From Mytilus trossulus (Eukaryota), in assembly GCF_036588685.1 (NCBI RefSeq), contig NC_086373.1, positions 97,526,001-97,590,000 of the forward strand: a DNA stretch of 64,000 nt, given 5' to 3'. Positions 12,207 to 26,013 of the stretch are shown piece by piece. Position numbers and translations under genes: made by a program. Under the pieces are notes generated by a model. It was not told the DNA's origin and searched no databases. It worked only from the letters and a program-made list of their open reading frames with translations. The stretch's first letter is position 1, and every line of letters begins with the position of its first letter.

Positions 12207-13654
12207 CCGTGGCCAAAATATTTAAAATCAAAAGCTTATATAAAAGATGAAGATCAACGTGCGGTGATCGTGGTACCGGTACTTTATGCCAACAAGAAAC
12301 ATCAGATCACTACTTTTACAGACGTTCCTACTTATTTATTATTTCCACTCAACAAAATGTCAGACAGATGAGCAAAAATTTTAATTTAACGTTGGTTTCC
12401 AGCGGATTTGAAGGTTTTGGTCTATTTCTTCATACATCCCTAACAATGTTGTGCTTATTGATGCATTTGCTGGAATTCTAGGCTATTTAGTTCATCATAT
12501 CAGCTGCAATAATTGTATAGTGTATCATCAGTGCTTAATCGGTTTTGATTAGGACCAACAAACATCAAATTTGATTGGGCGCCATAGTAAATAACATTAT
12601 CATCCTTTACGACAGACAAAATATCTTACATGAAAGGTACATTATCTAGTTGCCATAGGATATCATGTACTGAGTAACAACCTCAAATAAAGTCATTCAT
12701 TGACAACCAAAAGTCACATTTATTGTGTAGCCTAGGATTTCGAGTCGTTAAGTGCAATGGATACGGTGTAGGCGGTGTTGCCACGATGTCACAGACACAC
12801 GAATGGGTACGAATTCCGCTGAGGAAAGAACAAAAAATTATCAGGGTTTCTTTAAAGATTCATAAATATAGACATAAGAAATATGTTCAAAACGTAGTGG
12901 TATATGTTTATCTGTGTCCTAATTATCAAAGACGTTATATAATAATATAAAAATACAATGTTCTTAACATTCAAGTCTAAAAGTATGCATGGTATGCAAT
13001 TTTTTGAATTTTATGAGGACTTATTTTAAAAATAATAGTCGATCAGTGCCTGGATTGATTTGATCATTTTCAGACATGAGCTGTTCCATAACATAATTTT
13101 TTTGTATCAATATAGTAGTTTAGCAGTTTTCTTTCTTTTATTACAAGTCATAAAGTTACACGGACAAAACCCGACACCTGAAATGATATTAATTTTGTCT
13201 TCTAAAGCCAGCCACGCTTCTATAATTGGTAAAAGCATTATAGTAAAACGGTCATTAGACTGGGAAAAAATAATACAATAGAAGTGTGATTTGGTTATTG
13301 GAAGCAATAATAACTGTCTACGTGCCTTTAGTAATTTGTTACACCCTTAAGGATAGTTTATCTCAAATAGCCAGTTATTTTGTTGTTCTATTTGCATAAT
13401 AGTCCTATCTAATGAAAACACAGCGGTAGATTGGGGTCAAATAGGCCAGTTCAGATTGCAGTCAGAGATTGATATGAAAAAAGGACGGGTGGATAGAATT
13501 ATGTTTTGATGTCAAGATGACTGATTTTAAATGCATACCAAGACAAAAACATGTTCAGATATTTTGCTTAAAAAATAAATACTATATGCATCTTATTGGT
13601 ACAGAATTCCGGTTTTAACGGAACAAACATCTTCCTAAAATGTGTATGGTTCCT

Positions 13655-13835
13655 CCAAGGGTACACAATACATACTATTTTGTAATGTTACTTGCAAGAC
13701 TTCAAGTACTGTGTATCGTGTACATTATGAATAGGGTAAACTGTATATTGGAGAGTCAGAACAGTCACTTCACAAACGTAGAAACGCTCGTTGAATTACC
13801 ATGAATGATAAGCCAGAATCTCCTCTCAGAGAAAA
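13655..13835 (+). mobile_element. Old Penelope GIY-YIG endonuclease fragment
   Basis: Reads YILFCNVTCKTSSTVYRVHYE*GKLYIGESEQSLHKRRNAR*, homologous to the GIY-YIG at 63400-63550. Confidence 0.6.
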
Positions 13836-16800
13836 TAGGATCACTCTGGAAAAATTGAAGATACGAAAATAAAATGGGACCCACTTCAGATTATTGAACA
13901 GTTGTTGTTCATTTCACGCAACTGAATAGCTAATTCATTTTTGGATGCATACACAAATGTGTAGTATACATTCGATTGATGTGTTTGAGCCTTAGATTTT
14001 GCCATTTGTTTTAAACTTTCCATTTTGAATTTTCATCGTAGTTCGATATTTTGTAATTTCACTTTTTCATTGTGAATGCTGAATTAACGTGAATTTACGC
14101 AAATTTAAGTTTACACAGCGTGGCTCGGTTTTTAATTTGTATTGTGATCAAGAATTTTTCAAAAAAATCAACATAGATGTTTAAAATTCATTTTACATTA
14201 TACTGGTGAAAGATATCTGCTATCAGCAATACTTATTCATATTTTTATTTTTTCCATTTAATTAATTTGTTGTGCAATCCGACGCCATCGTCACAAAAAA
14301 CTTTGATAGTTTTTTGTGTATTATACTTCGTCATGAAATAAGGCCGACAAATGTTAGATCTGCAAAATCATTAAAATACGTTCTTCCCTCAATGAGGTTC
14401 GATCCCCTGCTTTTATAACATATGGTTATACTGCCTGCAATTTTCCCAGTGACTTAGACTACTTGGCCAACTAGACTATATAAAGAATAGCTTTCGTTAG
14501 ACTCTTCGAGTTTTCGGGCTTCGCCTAGGGTTGTGACACAGTAGATTTTGGCAAGTACGGTTTTATACCTTGCAGAACAGTTGTAAATTTGTAAGTCTTA
14601 AAGGATGATTATTACTTTACTGTCTATGCGGTCACATCAATAATATTTGTTATCATATGCGTCCACCTATGAGAAAACTCAAATATACTTTGAAGGATAT
14701 ATTGCAATCAATTATAAAATCTGCATAAGAAATTCTAATATTGTGAAAATTCTAAAATAAAGACAGATTAGGCGGTAGTAAACTTAAACAACACAAACCA
14801 ATTTTAAATTATTTTAAAAGATTCCAACAACCATCTAATACATAAACCTTATACTCGCGAAACAACTATCTATTGGAAGTAACTTTAAACTATAAAAACT
14901 TTTGAATTGGCGTGTTTGATAATTTACTATCAACGACAAAAGTATTTTTGTTTAAGTCTTTGTCAAATTTAGTTGGCATCAATGTTAGATATATTTGTAT
15001 GTTTGTTTGAATTTTTAGGCAGTTGTGTGAGTTTTATGTCTGTGGTGTCTGTTTACACAGGTTGGTTGCTTGATCCCAGTTATCTCAGATGGTGCCATTA
15101 AAACAAAATACATATATGGTTTGGCGATATCTGGCCACAGCTTTTATTCATAATATGATAGATTCATATAATATATAATATATATACATGTAGATAGATA
15201 TGTTGTAGATGAAATTCTAAAAAGGAATAAATGACGTCACAGAATATAACGTCACTCATGTTGGGTAAATCTAAAACATGAAACACAATCCGTGAGTGGC
15301 CCCGGCGATAACTGAATTTAAATCTATTAACTTAAATTCCATTAATATCACATTTACTGTTCATCTCTATCTCATGTTTTTCATCCATTTTGTCAATACA
15401 ACGAAATTATAAACAAATATCATACAAGTGAGGAGTTAAGCTAGCTATGATACCAAATTTGATCAAAAATTTACTTAAAAAAATGCAAGTCAGGAATGTG
15501 GCAGTTGGTTTTCACTATCCGTTGGTTGATAACGTCTAATTTTGTCAGTTTTTATAAAGTTTCAATTTTGGAAACAATCTTGTAGTTCGGTTTATTTGTT
15601 AAACTTGTTTGCATCTATTAGTGATATAACAATAGGCATAGAGACCAACACCAAACAAATATCAATACAGAAAATGCAATTCAATTTTAAATGTTCTTTT
15701 GTATGACGAAAAGAACAGCTACAACTAAGAAAATACGCCATAATTCCGTTTAAAAACATATAAAAGAGGGACGAAAGATACCAAAGGGACAGTCAAACTC
15801 ATTTATCTAAAACAAACTGACAACGCCATGGCTAAAAATGAAAAAAGACAAACAGAAAAACAATAGTTCACATGACACAACATAGAAAACTAAAGAATAT
15901 AACTCTTACTTAAAGGGAGCTAAAGGTACTTTCGTAAATTATAAATATCTCAGCCTTAGTAAATCCTAAATTGTTACTTTTCTTCCATATAGTATAAATC
16001 AGAAGATGTGGTATGATTGCCAATGATACAACTATCCACAAAAGACCAACATGACAAAAACATTAACAGCTATACGTCACCGTACGGCCTTCAACAATGA
16101 GCACAGCCCATACCGCATAGTCGGCTATAAAAGGCCCCGATAAGACAATGTAAAACAATTCAAACGAGAAACTAACGGCCTTATTTATGTAAAAAAAATG
16201 AACGAAAAACAAATATGTAACACATAAACAAACGACAACCACTGAATTACTGGCTCCTGTCTTGGGACAGGCACATACATATTAGCGGGATCCCAACCCT
16301 CCACCTAACCTGGGACAGTGGCATAACAGAACAACATAAGAACGAACTATAAAAATCAGTTGAAAAAAGGCTTAACTCATCAGATAGACAAAAAATACAA
16401 GTGGACGTGGCCGGGTACTTATACATCGATTCCTTTGAGTTAATGAAACACGAAAGCGCATAACCTACTGTGATTTTTTTAATAAAGTTTTAATACAGAT
16501 GAAAATAAAATGAACGCAATATTTTAATTGTGTTCAAGGATGTGAATAATTACAGATCAAAAAGTAACATTTCAGAGCATCAAAACAGAAATAGGCATAA
16601 ACAGTAAGGTCGAGATTACAAAAGATAAACGCCTGATGAAGCTACGTCCTTATGTTTAGTACAGTTAGATGATAAAAACTGGAAAACTGACAACCAAAAT
16701 TTTAGAACTCAAAATGCCTGTACCAAGTCAGGAATATGACATTTGTTATCCATTGGTTTGATGTGTTTGAGCTTTTGATTTAACCATTTGACTATGGACT

Positions 16801-19800
16801 TTCAATTTTGAATTTTTCTCGGAGTTCCGTATTTTGTGATATCAATTTTTTGCACATCATTCATGATATTAAGATGTTTACTATCCCGAGGGCTTAACTT
16901 GGTTAAACCCAGAAAGGGGGAAGTAATTTTGACAGTATTCTGATTCGAAGCATATGTTTTCAACAAAAGAAAATGTTTATTTGAAAGTACTATTATGTAA
17001 ACTGAATAAAAACCAGGGCAAACTGGGCATACCATAACTTTTCTATATGTATAAAACATCAAGACAAAATAAGGACCGTACAAAAACCCAATTCCTATGA
17101 TATGAAACTAGACCGATAAACTACAGAAAAAACTTCGTTTCGCGTACAGAGTCAGGAATATGAAAGTTGTTATCCATTCGTTTGATGTGTTTGAGCTTTT
17201 GATTTTGCCATTTGATTAGGGACTTTCATTTTTAAATTTTTCTTAGATTTCAGCATGATTGTAATTTAACTTTTTCTTATCTTTCCCAACTAAGAATAGT
17301 TTATGTATTTACGTATAACTGTGATTATGTAACTGGTTGAAAGCTTATCAATAGAGCATTGATTCCATTTTAATGACTAGGATGGTAAAGGCAATGATGT
17401 GTTCTGTAACGATGATAACCGTCTGAGAGTCGCTCCGTTAGAATGCAAATACAGTGAATGGTGTTTATACTGACATCTCTGACAGATAATGTAAACTGTC
17501 TAATGATTTTTACGATCAACATGTTCCTTTCTAAGTTAATCAATGATTGGAGAAAACAGTTTGAAACTGTGTTGGCACTAAATTGGACAGCTCAGAACAA
17601 CCATGGGACAGATGTTTTGTATACAAAGAAAGAAGAAATAAAAGATGGCATTTTTTAATTGGGACTCAAAGATACAACACAAATATGTCATCGACTAATG
17701 GTATTTGTTTTTCCCTGTTCAAAACAAGTAAATAGGTATATTGTAAATCGTTTTTCCTTCCGTCTTTAATATTTATTATATATAGTGTCTTCTTTATTTG
17801 TTGTGTGAATGCTTTTTCGCCTTTTAAGAGGGTGTAGAATATTTACTTTGGTAACATGTTTGTGTTCGTTTTTAACTTATGTCTATGAATGTAAGGTTCC
17901 TATATAACTTTTACCCTGACGCTGTGAAGAGGTTCAATAGGGTACAGATTTCATGTCAAACAATCGGATGATATTTATTTATACGGCTTTCAGTTTAAAC
18001 CGAATGATATTTATGGCGGACAAAGTTTGAAGTAAAGGGGCTTTCGCTTTCACAAACTTAAATAGCGTGGCCAACCTGATGCTCCTGAAATAATAAAATG
18101 AAATCAGGAGAACGTACGGTGCGTCATAGAATGGATCTTAAAGGGCTATTGATAGAGAAGCCATTTCTACAAACGGTAACTTAGTATAACTGCAATGAGT
18201 ACATATTTTTCATTCAACGGGAATAAATTTATTGTTAACAAAGGTTTTTCACATTTTTTCATTTTTTCGAGCGTGAAATATGTTGTCAGTTTAACATGTT
18301 TTCACCATGAAATTATAAAAAAGCAAGACGTAACCAACAATTTGAAAACTTTAAGGAAGTTTAAAAAAAACTTAAATTTTACAGTTAACTGAATACTATT
18401 AAATATTAAAATTCATTATTGGTAAAAACCAAATTAATTCGAAATTTTATAGAGCCTTTTCTTAATTAAAGCATTGTTTCAAGTGAAGAAAAATACAACT
18501 TTGCATGCAAACACATTAAGATAAATGAATCAATTTTGTTGCGATAAATAATTAAGTTTATTATTGATCTTAAACTTGTCTTATACAAAATATGCATGAA
18601 GTATTGAACTATTTATGTTGCGAAAACATTTGACAAAAAAATCATACTGAAATCCAAACAATGGCAAATGAATGAAAAAGAGGGAATAGTGATGGACGTG
18701 CATGCGAAATCAATGTCATATAAGGCTAAACCTTTCTTCTAATGAAATATTCATTAAATAAATATATAGTGACAACCTTATATAAATGGTACTCAATATT
18801 ACATATTTTAACACTTTAAACGATTGGAAATTCAAATTTTACTATTTTGCTAACCCATTTCTTTTCTTCTATTTTGTGCATAGGTATATGGATATGTAGT
18901 AACCATCATGACAATTAAATAACAATAATAAATGAATAATGAATTTCTTAATTTTGTTATCAGATTAATTCCAACACTTAATACGGTAAAGGTATTTCTT
19001 CCCAAATAAGTGTATGGAATTTTTCAAAGGATACAAAAATACTCAATATTATATAATACAACTGATATATAAAAAAATACACCTACCTTCTGCCATAATT
19101 AGTTGATTTTGTGTATCCAGATGTGTCTATTGATTCTATTACATTTCTTTAAAATTCCGTCTATGGTATTGTAGTATTGACAAATCACAACTCTGCAACT
19201 ATCCATCATTCCGAATCTTGGGCATTAATTATTGACGAAGATATATGCCAAAATGTTATTAAAATCACAGAACTGGAAGCAAAATATGAAAACATGAAAT
19301 TAGTCTTTTTTGCAATATGATGTATAAGTTTCCTGGGAGTTCTACAAAGCACTTTTGGTATTGGTTTACAGATATATGTTGTTAATTTAGTAATGTATAC
19401 CAGAAGGTTTACGACTAATGTCAAATGTCATTGATTTTCCGTATCTCATACCACTGGCTCATCATACGGGCATGATAATTGTAAAAAATTACATCAATTA
19501 TAAACTTTATTATGCCTTACGACTACATATCTATGAGTTACATTAGGACGGTCTCTTACGTGACTTGTCTCCAGGTGAACTGATAACAAACAGAATTTGT
19601 AGATGTTTCTTTTAACCATCAAATTATACGAAAAAGAAGCGTCTCAGTATATTTGAAAATATTGCAAACAAGAAAATTGCGGAATGGTAATATAAATAGG
19701 TTAAAAATCAAACTCTGGAACTTTGTAAATTTGTCGTCCATCCGTTTCACTTTTATGCGAATCTTATCCCCTTAAAGACATGCCCAGTTTGAACCCAACA

Positions 19801-22174
19801 TACAAGATATAGATTTTATCTAGAACAGTTAAAAGGGACGTATAACTACAAATCAAATGGATGGCAATTATTGCGCAAATAACCCTACATTGGTTTTCCA
19901 AATAGATATTTGGGTAAATCACATTTGAATAGTTTGGTCCGAAGGCACTTACATAATCCAGATAAAGTTTACCCCCCCCCCCCACCAAAAAAAAGGATGT
20001 GCAAACTATCATTTGAAAAATTTAATTGTTCATTTTTATTTATTATTTTTTTCATAAAAAAACTGCCTTCTTGGTTGTTAAAGGGATTTACTTTATGGTT
20101 TATTATATTGGTAAACAGGTACCATGCACAGATAAGAAAAAGTTTATTTTTTTTACCGGATGCATCTTTTCAATCTTAAAGTCTGTATTAATAGAAGGTA
20201 TATGAATTCATCATTTACGAAATCATTTGCACTTGTTTAAGACAAGCCATTGGTCGTATATGTATTGTATTATTTTCCATTTGAAAAAAAAACCCTGAAA
20301 GCCATAGATTTGAAAACAACAAAAATTTGCCATAGATTACAAAATTAAAAATCTTGCCATAGATCAGGATTGTAAAAAATCTGTCATAAATTTGGATGAC
20401 GACGTTACATTTGCCATAGATTAGGAATCTGTCATAGATTTTGAACCCTACCTATATACTTAATATAATACTGTCCCAAGTTAGGAGCCTCTGGTCTTTG
20501 TTAGTCTTTTATGATTTTTGATTTTGATTTTTTTTAATACTTTTCGGAGTTTTGTATGACGTCCATTATCACTGTAATAGTATACATTTTTGTTTAGGGG
20601 ATCAGCTGAGGCACGCATAAGTGTGCGGGATGTTCTCGCTGTATTAAAGGCCCATTGGTGGCCTTTAGCTGTTATCTGCTTTTTGGTTGGGTTGTTGTCT
20701 CTTTGACACATTCCCCATTTCCATTCTTAATTTTATCTTATTTCGATCATATGTATATTTACGGAAACGGCAAATATTTGCCTTCACCTAGAGCGCTAAG
20801 ATCCAAAAGAATTGCCGTATGTGTCCAATTAGAATAGAAATATTTCATGGAAACTTGAATTTATATTGATTTTACAATGAGTTTGCCCTTTATGTCGATA
20901 GTTTACACATCGCTGTCGCTCGTGGTTATTTATCCAGCATAAAGGGCCAGCCCATGGTAAAATCATTAAAAATCAAGCCACCATGAATTATTTCTTACCC
21001 TACAATGAGATAAATTAGAATTGGACTAGTGAAAGTTATTTCAGCAACTTTACCCTTTTTCACTTGTTAGTTTAAAATATAGCCATTTTTTGGACCTACA
21101 AATTTCACCTGGAACAATTAAAATTATCGAAAAAGTAAAATCACAAAAATAATGAAAATTCAAAAAGGAAAGTCCGTATTCAAATGGCAAAATTAAAATT
21201 TCAAACACATCAAACGAACAACTATCATTTTGGACTGTGAAGAAGCATATTCTTATGTAGGAAATGTTGATTAAACCTGTGAAATATTAATATTTGAGAC
21301 GATGCATTTGAATAAAAGGAGATATGTTATTTACATCAATGAGAACAACTCAACAACGCATTTGATATAAGTTTCTTAAACATTGTACAATAACCAAATG
21401 AGTTATTTAAGAAAAAAATCATAAAAAGGATGTGTTACAGATGTAAATACGAAATGTTCCATAGTAAGTAATTGAATAAAGTTTTAAACGACAAATAAAA
21501 TAACACAATTAAAATCAAGGTCGAATTTTAATAAGATTTAACAACAATCTTTGCCCTTATGTCCGCCTAATAGTTATTGATTTCACTTCTTGGAACAAAG
21601 CAACACGGAATAATCAAATTTATTTCTCATTACAAACCATGAACAAATTGTTGACGTTCTTTACGAAAAAGCAATACAGAAAATACTAATATGCTTTGGT
21701 TTTTAATTGGTTAAAATATTGAAATTGGGAAATAACAGCATGAATCTAGTTTACAATATATGGAATTGAAAATACAGAAATAGAATATCAATTTATGAAA
21801 AAAAACAAGAACGTGCCGAAAATGTGTGAATCTGTGAAAACTGAAGACACTGAATGGTGTAATGGGAAAATTGTTTTCATTCATAATAATTGTCTTTATC
21901 CGTTGAAATTATAATCATGATTGATCTCACTATGGCAGCATCAACTGGAGCAAAATTGGAAAGTTAAGTGTTATTTTATGTTTCTCTGCATTCTAAAAAC
22001 AATAAAAAAAATCATGAAAATAAAACATTAAGTGTGATGCTACATGTAAGTTAAAATTTGTATGTTTGGCTAAAAAGAAGTTCCAAAACTATTGTATCAC
22101 TACCTGTTGTTTTGATGACATTGTCGATGTTTCCTCGAATCACATTTTGAAAACATTTTTTTTTAAATAGAAAA

Positions 22175-22470
22175 AAAGAGTAAAATCACAAAAATACTGA
22201 ATCCGAGGAAAATTCTAAATGGAAAATCCCTAATCAAATGGCAATGATAAAACACATCAAACGAATGTACAACAACTGTCATATTCCTGACTTGGTACAG
22301 GCATTTTCAAATGTAGAAAATGGTGGATTGAACCTGGTTTTATAGCGCTAAACCTCTCACTTGTATGACAGTCGCATCATATTCCGTTATATTTACAACG
22401 ATGGGTGAACAAAACAGACATAATCGGTAAAATAATCAAAATATAGTTACAGCAGTCATCACTGTGTAAG
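22175..22470. repeat. High-copy interspersed repeat (AAAAGTAAAATCACAAAAATACTGAAC...TCCTGACTTGGTACAGGCATTTTC family)
   Basis: Further copies at ~870-1045, ~4000-4125, ~5832-6130, ~13970-14070, ~16710-16850, ~17150-17275, ~21130-21280, ~28413-28660, ~28990-29290 and ~44340-44500, in both orientations. Confidence 0.85.
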
Positions 22471-23967
22471 GCCAATTATACGTTCATTCTTCCAATGGAA
22501 CACGGATCATTTGATAAAATCGATAACGGAAATGATTCAGGAAAAGTTATGTAAACAAAAGGAAAGAAATTTTTAACAAAGATCTGTATGTGTATTCACA
22601 ATATTTGTTATATATAATTGTGAAATTAACTGTAAACTTAGTAAATTGTTACAGCAAATATGAAATAAAGATAGTGTTACGTTAAAAAAAGATATACCTT
22701 CATTTTAAAAAATGCGTCAATGCTTCAATGATTCGGAAAACGTGTGTTTCGTACAGGCCGACAAAGAAGCCTGCAATGAGTGTTGGTATGTCGTAAAGTT
22801 CAAACAAATGAAATTATTATTCCTTTTACATTCAATACCACAAGTTGACGATGAGTCAAATGTGATAATAATCAGTCCCTTTGTCCACATTTTATGAATC
22901 TTATGTATTAACCCCTGAACTACACAGAAATGTTTCAGTTCATTCCATCTCGGTGTTACGTAAATGTTTTCTTCTGATCTTTTTATTCATTTTCTTAACT
23001 ACTATTTAAAAGTTACAATCAAATTGTTTAATAAAGCATATGAAAAGAATGGAATTGATATCTTTGAACAGGGGAAAACTCTTTGAATGCTTTATATAAA
23101 TAACGTATTTTAATTGTCTTTTCATTTCACTTGACTTTTCGGATCTTTTCTACAGTACACGTCAACAGAATCTTACAAAATATAGTTTTCTTAATTAAAT
23201 AATATGGTCCATCGAAACAACTTTTTTCAAATATTAAAGCTGCATCTCATATACATTTGTCCCCTGTTAAAGGTACTTATTTATAGTATACTCACTAAAA
23301 CTGTGGAATCAGTGAGATATGTTTAAAGCAACTTTGATGAACTAACACAAGTTAGTAATTTTATTCTTGATCTCTGTACATTTCGGCAAGATAAAAATAA
23401 ATCAACCAGTTGTCAGTACATATGTTTTATTTATATGAGCACCAAATTGTACCTCTTGAATATCATCTGTTTAATTGTATTACGAATTTGACAAAATTCA
23501 ATCAAGATCCGTCTTGACTCCATTTGATAAACATTGATGATATTTTTGCTTGAATAACCAAGAATTCTCTAGTTATATTGCAGAATTTCCGCCAAGTGAA
23601 TTGGTTTAATAGATTTAGTAATTTGAGCAGCTTTATTTGTCCTTTTCTTGAATGTAATCTATTTTTTTGGCTTATGGCGGACTATACGGTGTTGACTTTT
23701 CTCACTGATGAAGACCATATTGTTAACGTACTCGTTAACCTATAGTTGGTTACATCTACGTAATTTGGACTGTGTGGTGGATAGCACTAAGTCTCATTGA
23801 CAATCATACTACATCTCTTTCTTTTTCTAGCTATCAAACTATTTACACTTATAGTCCTACAGTGGAGATCACTTCTAACCTCTCATTAGAACTGTCAGAA
23901 TAATCGGTCATAAAACTGTTCTAAACTGTCCTAGACTAGTTCTACCTAGAAAGTAGAACTGCCCTAG

Positions 23968-24217
23968 GTAGAACTGTCAAAATCAGTTCTATGTTGAACT
24001 GACCAAATCAGTTCTAGGTTGGACTGACCAAATCAGTTCTATGTTGAACTGACCAAATCAGTCTAGGTTGGACTGACCAAATCAGTTCTAGGTAGAACTG
24101 ACCAAAACAGTTTACGGTAGCACTGTCAGGATCAGTTCTAGGGTAGAACTATATCAACCTGTTCTAGGGTAGAACTATATCAACCTGTTCTAGGTAGAAC
24201 TGTCCAAATCAGTTCTA
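23968..24217. repeat. Minisatellite of ~10 x 25-bp hairpin units
   Basis: Consensus G-TAGAACTGA-CCAAA-TCAGTTCTA-G. Degenerate flanks span ~23885-24285. Confidence 0.85.
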
Positions 24218-26013
24218 GTCGTTAAACTGTCAGTAGAATTGACTAAATCAGCTCTAATCGTAGAAATGTCAGCAGAACTGTCTCATTTGTATGACATAAC
24301 AAATCAAAGACTGTAAAAATGGTCCTATTTGATAAATAATAAATTATGGTTGTTTAGATAGGGACAAACTTTTGATTATCAAAAACTCCACGGCGAAGTA
24401 CTCGTACTTTTTTGCAAGAGCCCTTAAAAGAGCCCGATGAATGGCAGTTTCCCTACACCAGGATTTGAATTTATCGTTGTACAACCCATGGATGACAATT
24501 CATGGGGTTGGTACTTTCAAAAAATGTAACTGGTACAGATATTTGGTCACTTGGTATACTCCAAAAGCTACAAAAATAGAAAAAGAACTACTGAAGCTAT
24601 TGTGGAAATAAATATGCAAGAGTTATTAAAAGATTCTGGTAAACAAACACTAGCATAATATTAGTATCGTCGAACGCATTTACGCCCAAATATTGAAAGA
24701 GTAATTCAAATGCGAAAAGGCGAGAATGCGTGATAAATGAATACGTCCACACAATTTCAGTATTCAAATGGACGATTTCTAAGCCAAAATTATTCTAAAG
24801 TAAATATTTGGTTAATTATTTGATTTGACACCAAAGTAGGGAAATCATCAGACAATTAAACTAAAATGACATGAAATATTTCGAAGATAGTGGTATACAG
24901 AACTCTACTTACAATGCTGACAATGCCGCATTTTATGTTACAAACACTTTTAAAACTGATCATCAATTTTATGTACTCTAAGTATTGAAAAGTTGGCGTA
25001 TTAATGCACTTTAAAAACGTAAAATAAAATCCTTTCACATAATCGTTGATTTAACTTTTCGAAGAATCTAAATTGCAAGCTAGATGATGCTATAAGTGCT
25101 GGACAATGAAAACAAATATATTCCATTTCTCAAACAATGCTTTTACTCCGATTTAAAACAAAAACCAACTTCAAAACTTAATACATTTAAACAAATATTT
25201 ACACACTATTGCAAACATTGTAAACAAAACTGTGTATGCAGTTTTGGTTATTAAGTTTAAAATAGAGTTATATTTCTTTTCATATAAACGCATTATACAT
25301 TAACCTTTTTCAATCTACATATTTTATGTAAAAACTGATGAAGCTATTTACTGTCAAAAAGGGATTTATTACGTTTTTCCTCCTTCCTGCCACACAAAAG
25401 CGGGTAGAGGTTGGAGCGGTCTTCTTCTGCAATACATAGGAATTAAACTAACCCTCTGTTAAGATAATTCTTTTTAAAACATACATTTGTTTGCTCCGTG
25501 TTAGTTTGGGGAGTTTGGTCACTCAATTTCTTATAGAAATATATATAAAGAAATACCTAAAACAATTGTTCGTTTAAGATTCTGACACCAAAGCTTTCAA
25601 AAGGCGTGTATTTTCAAAATCTATAAAGAAGTTTGACAAATTTAAGGCATTGCTTGATCCTAAGAAACCTTACAACATTCAACATCTCAGAAATGATCAA
25701 CCTCATCCTAGTTCCCACCTTCACCAAAAATTAACAAAAATTGCGCGCACACTTATAATTGGATGACATCACTGATTATTTAACTTTTTGGGTCTCATTT
25801 TTCTGTAGTATTAGTACATCATTCTCTTTTTAATAAACAATTTCCAGGCCCTCATAAATTGTGAATAAACCTACTTTTTATGTCCTTATTTATTAAAACA
25901 TTGCAACTTTCTTGAAAATAAATTTTTATCAGTCATAGGATGTCAATTTCACAGAAAACAAAATTGAATATCAATATTCTAGAACAAAAAAAGGTTTGTG
26001 TCCAGAGCAGTCA

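Noticed and set aside
23968-24217. CRISPR-like array of palindromic repeats (also considered for 20301-20440)
   Set aside because: Units are contiguous or too short, there are no 25-45-bp unique spacers or cas genes, and the context is eukaryotic.
23968-24217. HSE array in the GAA/TTC-rich minisatellite
   Set aside because: GAA-to-TTC spacing is 16 and TTC-to-GAA spacing is 9-10, out of register with alternating nGAAn pentamers.
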